Of a stretch of DNA of 64,000 bases, positions 38,601 to 50,900 are shown in pieces. This stretch comes from Ostrea edulis (lineage: Eukaryota): the NCBI RefSeq assembly GCF_947568905.1, contig NC_079170.1:15748001-15812000 (forward strand), given 5' to 3'. The position numbers and the translations under genes are program-made. The stretch's first letter is position 1. Every line of letters begins with the position of its first letter. The notes under the pieces were generated by a model. It did no database searches. It had not been told where the DNA came from and was given only the letters and a program-made list of their open reading frames with translations.

Positions 38601-39301
38601 ATGTATCGGCGAAATAAAAAGAACACAAGAAGATAATTGGTGTCTTTTAATTATTTTATTAGCATATTCAACATTTGAGATAAATTGGACCTAAAAGCAA
38701 AGACATACACTGTCCAAAAATCAATGTTGAACTGATTATTGTCATCACATAATTCGACGATGATCATCCGAAATCTATATTTCATTCCTCGATCATAGAT
38801 GTACATAAAACTTTTCAAAATAATTGGGATATAATTATGCTTTGAGATCCTATGTGAAAATCTATCATTTTATAATGTTTTATAAGGACACGTCTATTTT
38901 TTAAATGAGAAACTATCATCATTCGATAAATTATGTCTGTGAAAGACCTAAAACAAGAAATTTACGTATGGCCACTGTCATCGAACAAATTGAATCCAAC
39001 ATTCATTTGTGCAGTTTTCATTTCTTTACCCATGTCAGAATTTTTAATTTGTTCGTTGAATGTGGCCAAACTGAAATTTTGAATCAAAGTTCCAAAATTT
39101 GTCATTTTTAGAGAAAAATGTGCAAACGTCACGTGTTATGACATCTACGGCACAGTTATGACGTCACAGAATTAACATTTTGATATGAATATATTTACTA
39201 CGATGTATATTGACAATATTTAGTGCAATATTTGTTTGTTAAGTTTCAGATAATTTTTCATAAAAATACAGGGCGATTTTGACCTTTCGTGGCTCTAGCT
39301 C
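35690..39301 (-). mobile_element. PHIS-superfamily (Spy-like) DNA transposon, internally deleted copy 1
   Basis: 28-bp perfect TIR GAGCTAGAGCCACGAAAGGTCAAAATCG; flanks AAA|...|TTT with no TSD. Near-identical to 59526-64000 but lacks ~2.3 kb (60451-62770) at junction ~36617. Retains a transposase N-terminal ORF (36665-37015). Confidence 0.9.
37455..37523 (-). other. tRNA-derived (Pol III A/B-box) remnant inside the transposon arm; second copy at 63645-63713
   Basis: Minus strand GTCACAGTGGCGCAGTGGTTAACGC...TCTACAA...GTTCGAATCCCCTGAC. A-box and B-box are recognisable, but the acceptor, anticodon and T stems are mispaired. Confidence 0.55.
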
Positions 39302-39683
39302 TTTATGGTATCCTCTATTTGATGCTTTCAACTTCATGAATGAGCAAAGTTCAATAGCTGTATAATCAAATTCTATTTTTCTGCTGATCTTTGCTGGTAA
39401 TGAACTTTGCCTTTTGGCATCCTCTTAGAATGTACCACCCTTATGGAAAACAGCTAAAGGAACATACGATGTTATCATTACTATACACTCTATGTAACAC
39501 TCCAACAAAAGTTCCAATAAGTAATACAGTTACCATTTAGATATTGAATAAATCTCTGATATTATTCACAATTGATTGATTGGCAATCATTGATTTGTAC
39601 ACAGTGGGGTGTTTATCACGATCCTGCATCTGCCTCTCTTGGAAATTATACTGCAGAAATGAATACCAGCTGGAACATAATAC

Positions 39684-40940
39684 TCAATATATATCATTCA
39701 TTGAATTATTCATAACATTGTCCGGTCGTTTTTCAAGTTCATAATATCTTTTGCTTTCATCACTTCCTCTTCGTGCTGCATTGTCGTTAAGATAACTCCC
39801 CGCTGATGATCGGCTACTTCCCCTTGAAGTTTTGTTGGTGATAGAATTATCTGAGGCACTACTCGTTCTTGAACTTGGTTTCTGAATGAAGCTTGTTGAA
39901 TGAAAGTTGTACACTTTATCACTGAGTTCATGATATACGTTCGAGCTCCTCGATCGGACACTTGTCGGGCTCTTGTCGTAAAGTGATGGTACTTGTGTTG
40001 CTTTTACAGCCATCTGTTAACGAAAAATGTACGCGTCTACATACATCAGTAATTCAATATCTTACAATACTTCAGAGAGAGTTGTATATTACCTGAAATG
40101 ATGCAAACATACTCTTTCTCAATAAAGATCTATAATCTTTCAGTCTGTTTTAACTTCATTACCACGTGTTTCATGAGAGGTCTTAAAGTTCATGATTTTC
40201 AAACAAACTGTTAAGTCTATGCTAGCTAAGATAAGAAATTATAGTTCTTTTTACCTTGACAGTGTCTTCGACATCACTATACACATGAAAATTATCCAAA
40301 ATGATTGCTTGATTTGGGTTACTAAACATAGGTGGTGTTTGTGTGTTGCCTCTGCTAAAATATAAAAGATATTTTCCTTTTACACAGTTCGCAATATTCT
40401 GAAGGTACATCCACCGAAATAATTGATTAAAAAAAGAGCACAGAAAAAGGAATTGATTCTTTGTTTTCAAGTGACATAATGAGATAAACGGAGAAAGGAA
40501 GATATAATGACATCCTTCTCAGATACTGACTGTGATCTGTGCTTGTACCATCGTATGGTCAAAGTAAGTAAGATACCAACGACACAACCTGCTATTCCGC
40601 AGCTGAAGGCCAGAATCCAATCTAGACATAAGTTTGAAATGAAAATTTTAATAACCATACATACATTTATTTGCATTCATATTAATATTTACTCCTTTTT
40701 GTTTACATCATATCCATTTCAGGTTGATAAGAAGAAAAAAAAAACACGTATTTGAACAAAATGCATTCAAAATGTGAATGTTTACTACTAAATAATTATA
40801 AACGATAAAGCCTTATTTGACAACAGTTTGGCTGTTAAGGACTATTTTTTGTTGTGGAGAAATTTTGTAAAGATAACACTAAAAACTTTGATATCTTTTA
40901 ATTATCAAACAGTGCGCTTTGGCAATTTGTTAATGAAAAG

Positions 40941-40996
<56 letters not shown>

Positions 40997-43256
40997 AAGA
41001 TATATCAAAGAGCACCAAGGTAAATTTTACAAATCGTGAGATCGTAATCTAACTAACTTTTAATTATGCAATATTTGCATAAAGTAGAATTTTTATAATG
41101 AAATACTCGTCCTCTCTTTACATATAAAGGATTACCTGGATGGTTTGTTAAATCACTAATGCTTGAAACGCCAATTACAGTGATATTTTCTGCAAAATGA
41201 TACATAAGCAAAATGATACATCAACAATTTTTAGATCAAAGGTGAAGATAACGAACAGTGATCAATCTCATAACTCCTATAACCAATACAAAATAGATAT
41301 TTGGGCAAACACGGACCCCTGGACACACCAGAGTTCGGATCAGGTGCCTAGGAGGAGTAAGCATCCCCTGTCGACCAGTCACACCCGCCATGAGCCCTAT
41401 ATCCTGATCAGGTAAACGGAGTTATCCGTAGTCGAAATCAGTATGTTAGGAGGGGCCTAACAATCGATATAAAACACGTCAGACAACATTTGATCCAATG
41501 ATAGGTTGTATTGATGGACTAGATCGTTATAACGACCATAGAATTTGCAAAATGCTGACTTCAATCGATGCTGTTGAAACTGGATCGCACGCACACGTAC
41601 GAATGCATACACATTACACACATTCTTTTTTTTTTAATCTGAGTACAATTTCAAACTCTGAACACTTTCTTGATTTTTTTCAGCCGTGTTTCTGGTCTTC
41701 GTCAGGCGTGAACCACAATTTGGATGGCTATGAACACCAAGAATTTTGATGGTTTTCTACGTCCCTCAACCTTCATAAATCGAGAGGCTGTGTATTCGAG
41801 CCATGTTCGCGCCATGATACAACAATTTAATATACTCCTTACTATATTCCTTACTATACCTAGGATATCGGTAAGATTGCTTCTTCGCCAAGCGCTTAAC
41901 ACTTAGTGAGAATCATGGGCCTTTCGGATATGACATTAAAAACGGAGGTCCCATGTCACGACAGGCGTTGGCAAGTTAAAGCACACTTACTGCCACGGCC
42001 CTGAGCGCTAACCATAGGTCTAAATCTGTTGTATATAATCTACAGCTGAATGTGTGTATCAGTATATCAGGAAAACATTCTCGACGAGACGTAAAACAAA
42101 CAATGAATTAATTAATTCATACAACGACACAGAAAAAAGATTGTCTTTGAAAAACTTACCATTTTGATCTCTTAAATCACAGGTTATAGAGATCCAGGTC
42201 ATTATGCACTTTGATATATTACAGTGTTTTGCGTTGAAAATGGAGGTGTTACTTCGTTGGTTCAACAGAAGCTCTAGGGTGTAGCTGACACAATGTGCCT
42301 CATCGTGTAAAGAATTGTTACTTTCAAATTGGCCGCTGCAGTTTATTGTACAGACCCTGGCTATAGAAATAAAGAAATACAGTGTTTAACGAATTTCCGA
42401 AGCTTAAGTTAAAATAATAATTACTGGTGAATGTAATATCTAAAATGATTTAGTTTGAACCATTTTCTTGAAGTTTGTCGTAAGGGCAGAGTTGTTGTGA
42501 TAATTCGTCGTGAATGTTGATTGCATCCTCAAAGCACCAGTTGCTTTTAAACCTGGGAAGTGGAATTCAGAAATCATCGTTAGGGTAACTGGGAATCAAA
42601 TTTAAAGGAAATCCATGGGTGCATATTTAAGTATGTCAATGAATTTTAGAAAGTATGGAACTCACGACGGCAAGACAGTTGATGACATAGAGAATATACC
42701 GCCTCCCGCTATCTTGACCCAAACCAATAAATCTGAAATAAATGTTGTCAAGAAATACTTACATATTATGAATTTATAAATGACAAGCTTGCCATATATA
42801 TAAAAAAAATTGTAGGATGACAACAATATGATTTGTATAAGACCTGCATGTTTTCAAAAGAAAACGACCATGGATGTTGAGGAATGCAATAAAATGTTGT
42901 GCAGAAATTTCTATTTTTATATTCAAGCAACAATATAGTGTCGATACATGTATATTTATTAAAATCTCTACGTTCAGAATAAAGATGACTGCAAAACAAA
43001 GCATATATACTAAAGTATTAATAATATAAGCTTGGAAAAAATGAAACGCCTCATGATATATTACTCAGTTCTTTTGATTTCGTACTTTACCATGAATGGT
43101 AAATTCTAATAGAATTATGGATAAATTTAATCAGTGCATTCCAAAAAACTGATACATTTTTCATTATTAAATTGACTAGGAAAAATATATTTCCTGATCT
43201 TCAGGTAATTGATTAAATGACACCAATAGTGAAAAAATTGGGGTTTTGTGGGGGGA

Positions 43257-43295
<39 letters not shown>

Positions 43296-44353
43296 CGATA
43301 CAGTATGTATGAAATGTGAAGATAACGAACAGTCCCTTATGTAGTATACATATATCCCTGTGAGTTCGAAGCAAAAGACACCACTGAGTCGTCCACTTCT
43401 GCTTCATACTTAGATATTTTATTGAAAGTAGACATTAATGGCAAACTGACTGCTCAACTGTATATGACAAACGGGATGATTTCAGCTTCTCCATCGTCAA
43501 CTTCCCATATTTATGTAGCAATATTCCATTATCACCTGCATATGGTCTTTATATCTCTCAATTGATTTGATAGGCAAGAGCTTGTTCTGTATTTGGTCAG
43601 TTTTTAAATCAAGGCCAGTTACTGACAAACAACTTGATGGTACAGGGGTTTCAACAGTCTCGATTGAAGTAGCATTTTGCAAATTCCATGGTCGTTATAA
43701 CGAACCAGTTCGTCCATACAACCTATTATTGGGTCAAATGCTGTCTGACGTGTTTCATACAAATTGTTAGGTCGTTCTTGGCACACTGATTTTGACTACG
43801 GATAACTCCGTCTACCTGATAAGGATATAGGGCTCACGTCAGATGAGACCTGTCGACAGGGATGCCTGCTCCTCCTAGGCACCTGATACCACTTCTGGTT
43901 TGTCCAGGGGTCCGTGTTTGCCAAACTCTGTATTCTGTATTGTTTATAGGAGTTATGAGATTGATCACTCTCCCTACCAAACCCTAGCTTGTTTCTGCTA
44001 TAATGATATATTTTACATTAAAATTGATGACGAATTTACTGAATGCCAACACTGGATTTTCACTCAAATCTTTCGTCTTGCATAAATAGACACGAAGTTC
44101 GGTGTTTATATGACCGTATCTTTTTGTTTTTGATGTATATACTATGTACATTTATAATAAATATATCAATTTTTGCCGTGCATTTTTCAGGCAAATCTTT
44201 ATGATATTTCATTAAACTTCACCTAAATGGATTTCCCGCTATTTTCTGCAGCCATGAAATTTGCTCTTGATGTACAAAAAATAGTGTGCCCGTTTTATTT
44301 CATAGAATTAACACTATCGACAAACAAATAAATAAACATAACACATTCAACAT
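39684..44353 (-). CDS. Cys-rich single-pass membrane protein, paralog B (apparently intact)
   Basis: Exons 42732-42666, 42552-42461, 42360-42160, 40621-40531 (TM WILAFSCGIAGCVVGILLTLTI-RWYKHR), 40354-40255 (HVYSDV) and 40013-39684 (VYHEL, YYELEK); phases compatible, no stops. Candidate first exon from ATG 44353 (MLNVLCLFI, donor GTTTGT) is less certain. Minus-strand TATAAAT at 44463-44457. Confidence 0.8.
43300..43970 (+). mobile_element. 5'-truncated Penelope-like element (RT C-terminus + 3' repeat), preceded by a short inverted 3' piece
   Basis: EAKDTTESSTSASYLDI...KRDDFSFSIVNFPYLCSNIPLSPAYGLYISQL, followed by the high-copy 3' repeat CCTCCTAGGCACCTGAT...GGAGTTATGAGATTGATCAC. The same 3' repeat occurs at ~23455-23615(+), 25190-25305(+), 27740-27900, 31700-31770 plus 32663-32790(-), 41235-41590(-), 45115-45530(-), 46870-47230(-), 48080-48270(-), 50480-50700(+) and 57840-58260(-). 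Confidence 0.7.
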
Positions 44354-44456
44354 GGATTGAATATTCCTTTGCGCGTGGAACAAAAATGAAAAATTTGTCA
44401 ATGCCCTCGAAAAATTGATTCATTTATGACTTTGCAATCAATATGATTGTGTCCAT

Positions 44457-44463
44457 ATTTATA
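44457..44463 (-). promoter_or_regulatory. Candidate TATA box of paralog B
   Basis: TATAAAT on the minus strand ~105 bp upstream of the candidate ATG, in the block shared with paralog C. Confidence 0.45.
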
Positions 44464-45678
44464 CGCTTAGTTATGCTTAGTTGTATAAGATATGTCATCA
44501 TTTTATTTTATAATCCTCCCTTAAAATCTAACCACCCACTGTCGGTTATGTTTGATTACAATTATGATGCTCTCACTGTGCGAGAAATACAAACCTAGAA
44601 TTGTTAGAAGCTACTGCGTGAACAGAAAGATTCATTTTCAACTTTTTAATTTTTACACTTTATTTCTAATTAGTGACAATTGTACTTACATAAACATCGC
44701 CTTAGATATGTCATTGTCTCTTTCCAAATATCGCCTCAATTGCTTAATTTTTACGATGGAAATTTCTAATAGTAAGGAAAAGGTATTAACACAGCTTTTT
44801 ACACATCAAAAGCCATGGAAAACACTGAACAAGTTCTTCCTGGTCAAACAAGATATATGCGAGTTTGTGGAATTACCCATCCATGGAGTTAATACTGCGG
44901 AAGCAATTAAAAGTTAAATGTTTCTTTCCAGAGGTTAATGTTACATTATTTTTCTATTTCTATAGGAACCATATCTCCATCTACATCAGAAGCATTTGCA
45001 AAAGTCAGGAATCCTGCTATTTCTGTTAGATCAAGGGAAGGGATTATTCTCACTGCTGATAGATCACACAAAAGAGAATTTTCTTGTTCTATTTCATTTT
45101 TCACGGAATGGATGATAAAGTGAAGATAATGAACGGTGACCAATCTTATAAATACCATACGATTACAAAATTGAGAGTAGGTCAAATCCTTGGGTATACT
45201 AGGTGTGGGATCTGATGTCTAGGAGGAGTAAGCATCCCCTGTTGACTTGTGACACCCACCGTGAGCCCTATATTTGGATCAGGTCAATGGAGTAATCCGA
45301 AGTCAAAATCAGTATGTAAATGATGACCTAGCAATTAGTATGAAATACGTCAGACAGCGTTCTGCCGTATAATAGGTCGTACTTGCAAATTAGAACATCA
45401 TAATGACATAGCATTTGCAAAGTGCTGACTTTAAACGAGACAGTTGAAATACCTGAAACATCAACATTACTTGTCATTAATCTCTCTCGAGTTAAAAATC
45501 GATCATACGCAGAAGATTTTTCCGCATATCAATCAGTTGAGAGATGTAAAAACCATCTTCAGGTGATGAGGGAATATTACTACATGACTATGGGAAGGTG
45601 ATGCTGGAATAGGTGATGTCATCCCGTTTGTCGTGAATTGATCAGATATGGAAGACTCTATTTTCTGATATTATCACC

Positions 45679-45817
45679 TACTTTCGGAAGGTCGGTGGTC
45701 TCTTCCCAGGTGCATTGTATCCGGGTTCTCTCTTCCACCAACAAAAACTGGGCGCCACCATATAACTGAAAAATTGTTGAATAGGGCGGAAAACATCAAA
45801 TCAAATCAAATCAAATC
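45679..45817 (+). mobile_element. 5'-truncated SINE (V-domain-like) with 11-bp TSD
   Basis: TSD ATATTATCACC at 45668-45678 and 45818-45828; (TCAAA)n tail. The paralogous site at ~58430 is empty. Confidence 0.8.
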
Positions 45818-47603
45818 ATATTATCACCGGTGTTAGAACGACTTTACTCAATCTGAGAGAGTCATAGAGCTTTTTTGTCTTTCACTGCTGCAACGTCTTT
45901 GATTGTTTATGTGATGACTATTTTGAATGAATTTTAGTGTCGGTCAAACAGTAATTAATGATCTTAGACGGATAGTCTAAAATTGTCAGTTAGATTTTAA
46001 TGAAAGTGGTGAAAGTGCTGTTAGCATTTCTCAAAAATGTGTAAAAGGGTATTTTCTAAAAGACTTCCGGATTCTTGACAATTAAATATAACATTTCTAT
46101 TTCCCAATCCTAAACAATTTTTCATTCACTTAAGAAATGAAAGTTATAATTCTATATCTGATGCATGTATCAAATGAAAAACTGGACGGAAAACTTCTGA
46201 AAGGAAATTTTCCGTTTCACAATTTGTCAGCCGTATTGAATTTCTCGGTGCTTTTACCAACGCATGTATTGTACATGGTGTAGAAGATGTACACCAAAAT
46301 GTGTACACCTTTGCATTTGATTACGAAAAGGTGTACACTTTGTGGTCGGTGTAGACAAATCAAGCACACCCTTAGTAAAGGAGACTGTAAAACAACGAAT
46401 TGCAATATATCAAATACATACCATACAGAATTCCGAAAATTCAAAAGGTTAAAATCTCGCTAAATTATAAAACTATGATATTTGACATATATTGCGCTAT
46501 CTTTCTTTGACAGACTAACTGCATACGTTAAGAATATAGACAATGTAACGCTATAATGTAAAGTTCATATCTTAATGTCAATGATATTGACATGAGATGC
46601 ATTGAAGGATATATTGCAGTGGTCAATGAGAAATTACACACGAGTTATTGAAACTCGTAATTGTAGAATCCATGTCTATCGCAACGGAGACTCTAATCCA
46701 CGAGCTTAACTTCTCCAAGCGTGGGATGTAACTCTGATTTCAATAAATGCTCCATGGACCTCATCACCAATAAATAACATTTAGCCATGGGTGTATGTGT
46801 TCTTTTGTCCGCTCATTTGATTAGTTGATTATTAAGATTTTTACGCCCTCTCAAAAATGGAAAGGTCAAGCTAACAAACTGTTATCGATGAAAGGTGAAA
46901 ATAACGAAAAGTAATCAATATCATAACTCCTATAAGGAAATCAAAATAAAGAGTAGGGCAAACACGGACCTTTGGAACCAGGTGCCTAGGAGGAGTAAAT
47001 ATCTTCTGTCGACTGGTCACACTCGTTGTGAGCCCTATATCTCGATCAGACAAACGGGGTAATTTGTAGTCAGAATCAGTGTGTCACGATTGGTTTACCA
47101 ATCGCAGAATTTGATGCAATGACAGTTTGTATAAACTATTGGCAAACTAGTTTGTTATAACGACCATAGAGTTGGAAAGATTGTGACAGTAAACGAGGCT
47201 GTTTAAACCCCTGTAGCATTTTTTGGAATGGCCGGATGTTTTTCACATGCTTCAATCATATACACTCTGGTCAATCTATTAGTGATGGGCCTTTATCGTG
47301 CTAAAATCCTCTATGACATGGGATCTCAGTTTTAAATATTCGAAATACCCATGACCTATACTTTTAATGCCAAACACTAGGAATAGTTACTACCCATATT
47401 TAACCATATGCATTCTCAATTTCTCATCAAACATCCTCACTACTGAAGAACACAATACATTGGTCTACATTTGCAAATCTAGATCTTATGCTAAAAAGGG
47501 CTTCATACGGACGTCAAATCACAAAATCAAACAAACAATGCAGGATTTATGACATTTTACTGCACATATCTAAAGCTACGTATAAATCATAATGTTTGAA
47601 CCT

Positions 47604-50600
47604 TCAGCTACAACCATTATCGTTTTGTATTAATAAATATTCTTTTCCCAATGCATAGTATTTATCACTTCCTGCACTACCTGTTGGCGAAGTTTTCGTC
47701 CGGTCCTTTGACTTTATAGAAGAACTCTCTGCATGAAATAAAAATGAATCTAAAGAAGGATTTCCTGAATGGATGATAACGAATTTCCCAGATGAGCTGC
47801 CACTTTGAAGTTCGCTCTCCTTTCTCTCGAGTTTACAGCTGTATGCTAGGACATCGCTGGACAAAAACACACTTACATCCATGCCCATACTCTTCCTCTC
47901 TTCCAATCCACCTAGGTGGTGGTAAATGTTTTCTCATGATCTAGAACTCGATGAACTATCATCTTTGTAAGAAGGAACTTGAATAGCTTTATTCATCACC
48001 TAGTGAGAGAAGAAAAATCACAAAATTCAAATCAAAGAAATATTTTTCTCGTTTGGATTACGACCAATTAATGAAAATGAACAGTGATTAATCTCATAAA
48101 TATCATGGAAATCTAACATCAAGGACATGCCCAATGCACATTTCCTATACATGATACAGGTGAGATCGAGTGACTAGGAGGAATAAGCACCCCGTTTTGA
48201 CCGGTCACACCCGTCGTGAGTCCTGTATCTTGATTATGTAAATGGAGTCAGCCGTATTCAAATCGACACAGAAAGAATGTAGACTACATTTGACTTGATG
48301 ACATGGAGTATTATTATACCACAGTATGAGAATTCCACGCAACGCGTAATGTGATTAGTCTAGACGGTCACGTGCCAGGGATGACAACACTTCATATCTC
48401 CCTCTCAAACATCATATCTCCCTATCATATTTAGCCCTTGGGCAGACTCGTGCAATTTCCATAAATTTAACGTCAAGGTAGACGAAGTCTATTGTGACGT
48501 CACAATAAGTCATTCTACTTTCACAGTTCGTAAGGCAGAAAATATGTGGGTCTCTAATACACAGTTGAATCGTATGGTTTTGGTTGATACAAAAACAAGC
48601 AAGTAAATTAGCATTTAAGGAGAATGGAAATACAAAAACTGGTTATCATATCACTGTATTTCGTATGATTTTTCTTGGGTGAATAAATCTTCATATCTCC
48701 CTCACTATCATGCAATAAATGTATAATAGCAAATAAGATGGTTTTAACAACCGTAGCCTTTACAAAGTGTTGCCTGTAAACAAGATAGACAAGACTTGTC
48801 CATGTCTTCGCTTTTAAAGATCACCATAAAAACATTTCTTTTAAAATCTATGACTCGGAATAATGTACTCTAAAATTATCTTCGATACCAGCATATTCTG
48901 CCTCTAATGGATTGATGATGACTCTGCCCTCAGGTAAACCACTTCTCTCTTGGTGACTAGGCTGATAGGATACTGGTGACGGGAATCGATTGCTAAACAA
49001 ATAAAATCATTGATACTATTTGATAATTTTAAATGTAATCACTGAGTCAAAACATCATGTTTCTAGATAGCGCAGATTTCATGGAAGTTTTCTAAATCTA
49101 AATTTTTCCTAATTTATTGAAACGCTGAACAGTTGTGTTGTATGTACATAAAAATGAAGCCACGGACTATGGAAATTAAACTAAAATGGGAAAATGGAGG
49201 TTGTGAAACAACAAAAATGAAATAATTCCACAAGATACATATAACTTTTTTATATGACGATCAGTTTTCTGTGTATATGGGAAGAGAAATGATATATGTA
49301 CTAAACTAGTAGGAAACAGTTTAATTGGTGAAGCAAAATATAAGAGAATCATGAATCTCTTGTAAAATATCAGAGAATCATGAATCTCTTGTAACAAGTG
49401 CATATATATTTTCAAATGAGGGAATGCCTTAGAGGACAGGACATACTCTTTGTGCCGATTCAGGAGGTTGTAAATCACACGTAGGATTCCAATTCCAAAG
49501 AGACACCCGACAACGAAGCAGGTCACAATTAGGACAGCAATTATACCTGGACCTTGGATTAAATAAAAGGAAAGTTCTTACAAACGCTAAATGGTTATCA
49601 AATATATCAGAATGATTTTGATATGAAATTGGAATGTAATAACTTACCAAGACATTCATTTTCATTCTCGTTGTTGTGTTCGAATATATCGAGACGGTCT
49701 GTATTCTTGCCCTGCGTCCAACATTCAATGATTATGTTTTCGATTATGCACTTTTCAATACCACATAGACTGTCTGTCATCTGCGTTGATTTCGTTTCAT
49801 TATAGTGAAAATTGATTTTGTATTCAACACAATGACATTGCTCAAATAGATCATCATTGAATACATATATTGCTTTGCATGACACCGAACATGTATTATT
49901 ACCTGAAAAAAAAAATATATCGTGTTGATGTCATTGTTTTCTTTCATCAAAAAGTGGCAAATAATGAAAGAAATCGTTATGAAATGATCCTACCTTTGTG
50001 TCTATTTGATATATCCGGTAGAGGACAGTTTTGGTCGGGCATCGTTGCATGCACTTGTAAAGCTTGTTCCAAACATATTTTTCTGAAGTTTTACAAAACA
50101 TATTGGTACCGTATAAGTTTTACATTGAAAAGAAACGTATGAGGTGAAAACAAATGTGTATGTATCTAATATGATCGTATTAAACAAGAATTAGAATCTT
50201 ATATATCGTTTAAACACACCTTTCATTTTGGGGAAAGCACAGGACTTTCTTAGGAATATCCATCGTGAAGCACAGAATAACACCTGCGTTGTATTGAAAT
50301 AATGTTTGGATGAAATAAAGATGAAATGAATTCTGATAAAAAATAAAGATGTAAAAGATTGAATCATAATCAATAGATCCCATAACGGATTTATGCTACA
50401 GAAAATAGTTTTTTGTTTGTAAACCAGGATTTAGGTTATGAAAGGCCTGGTTTAAAACCAGAATTTCACAAATATAACAGGTCATTAAGTCGAATGCTCT
50501 CTGACGTGTTTCATACCAATTGTTAGACGGATCTTTACATACAGATTTTTACTACGAATTACTCAGTTTATCTGATAAGATATAGGGCATATAACATTTA

Positions 50601-50829
50601 TGACCGTTGAACAGACAATATTTACTCCCCCTAGACATCTGCTCCCAACTCTGGTGTTTCCAGGGGCCCGTGTTTACCAACTCATAATTTTATATCATTT
50701 ATTGGATTCAATATAACAAACAGTGAGGAATCACACAATTCTATATTACACTGCATCATATCACTTTGTGAATCATCTCAGATCACTAAATAAAGTTAGT
50801 AGTGTTATCCACTGAAACGCAGAATTCAT
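47604..50829 (-). CDS. Cys-rich single-pass membrane protein, paralog C (in-frame TGA early in the last exon)
   Basis: Exons 50829-50787 (MNSAFQWITLLTLF, GCC-ATG, weak donor GTGATC), 50283-50220, 50082-49994 (KICLEQA...NCP), 49902-49648 (TCSVSC...CHCV...LCGIEKCIIENIIIEC), 49552-49447 (TM IIAVLIVTCFVVGCLFGIGIL), 48992-48869 (EYAGI) and 47999-47604. Phases are compatible; TGA at 47936-47934. Confidence 0.8.
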
Positions 50830-50893
50830 GGCTCTGAGGGACATCTTCAGATTGATTCATTCATGACTTTGCAATCAATATGATTGTGTCCAT

Positions 50894-50900
50894 ATTTATA
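50894..50900 (-). promoter_or_regulatory. Candidate TATA box of paralog C
   Basis: TATAAAT on the minus strand ~65 bp upstream of ATG 50829, in the same context as in paralog B. Confidence 0.5.

Noticed and set aside
43900-44085. Plus-strand peptide CYNDIFYIKIDDEFTECQHW as a further receptor ectodomain exon
   Set aside because: Wrong strand, cysteine spacing does not fit, and the 5' half is Penelope repeat.
44938-45185. Overlapping ORFs on both strands as a coding exon
   Set aside because: The paralogous region has an immediate stop and a 70-bp (non-triplet) expansion; no recognisable domain.
47934-47936. Selenocysteine codon in paralog C
   Set aside because: It lies in a Ser-rich cytoplasmic linker aligned to Arg/Ser rather than Cys in paralogs, and no SECIS could be identified by eye.
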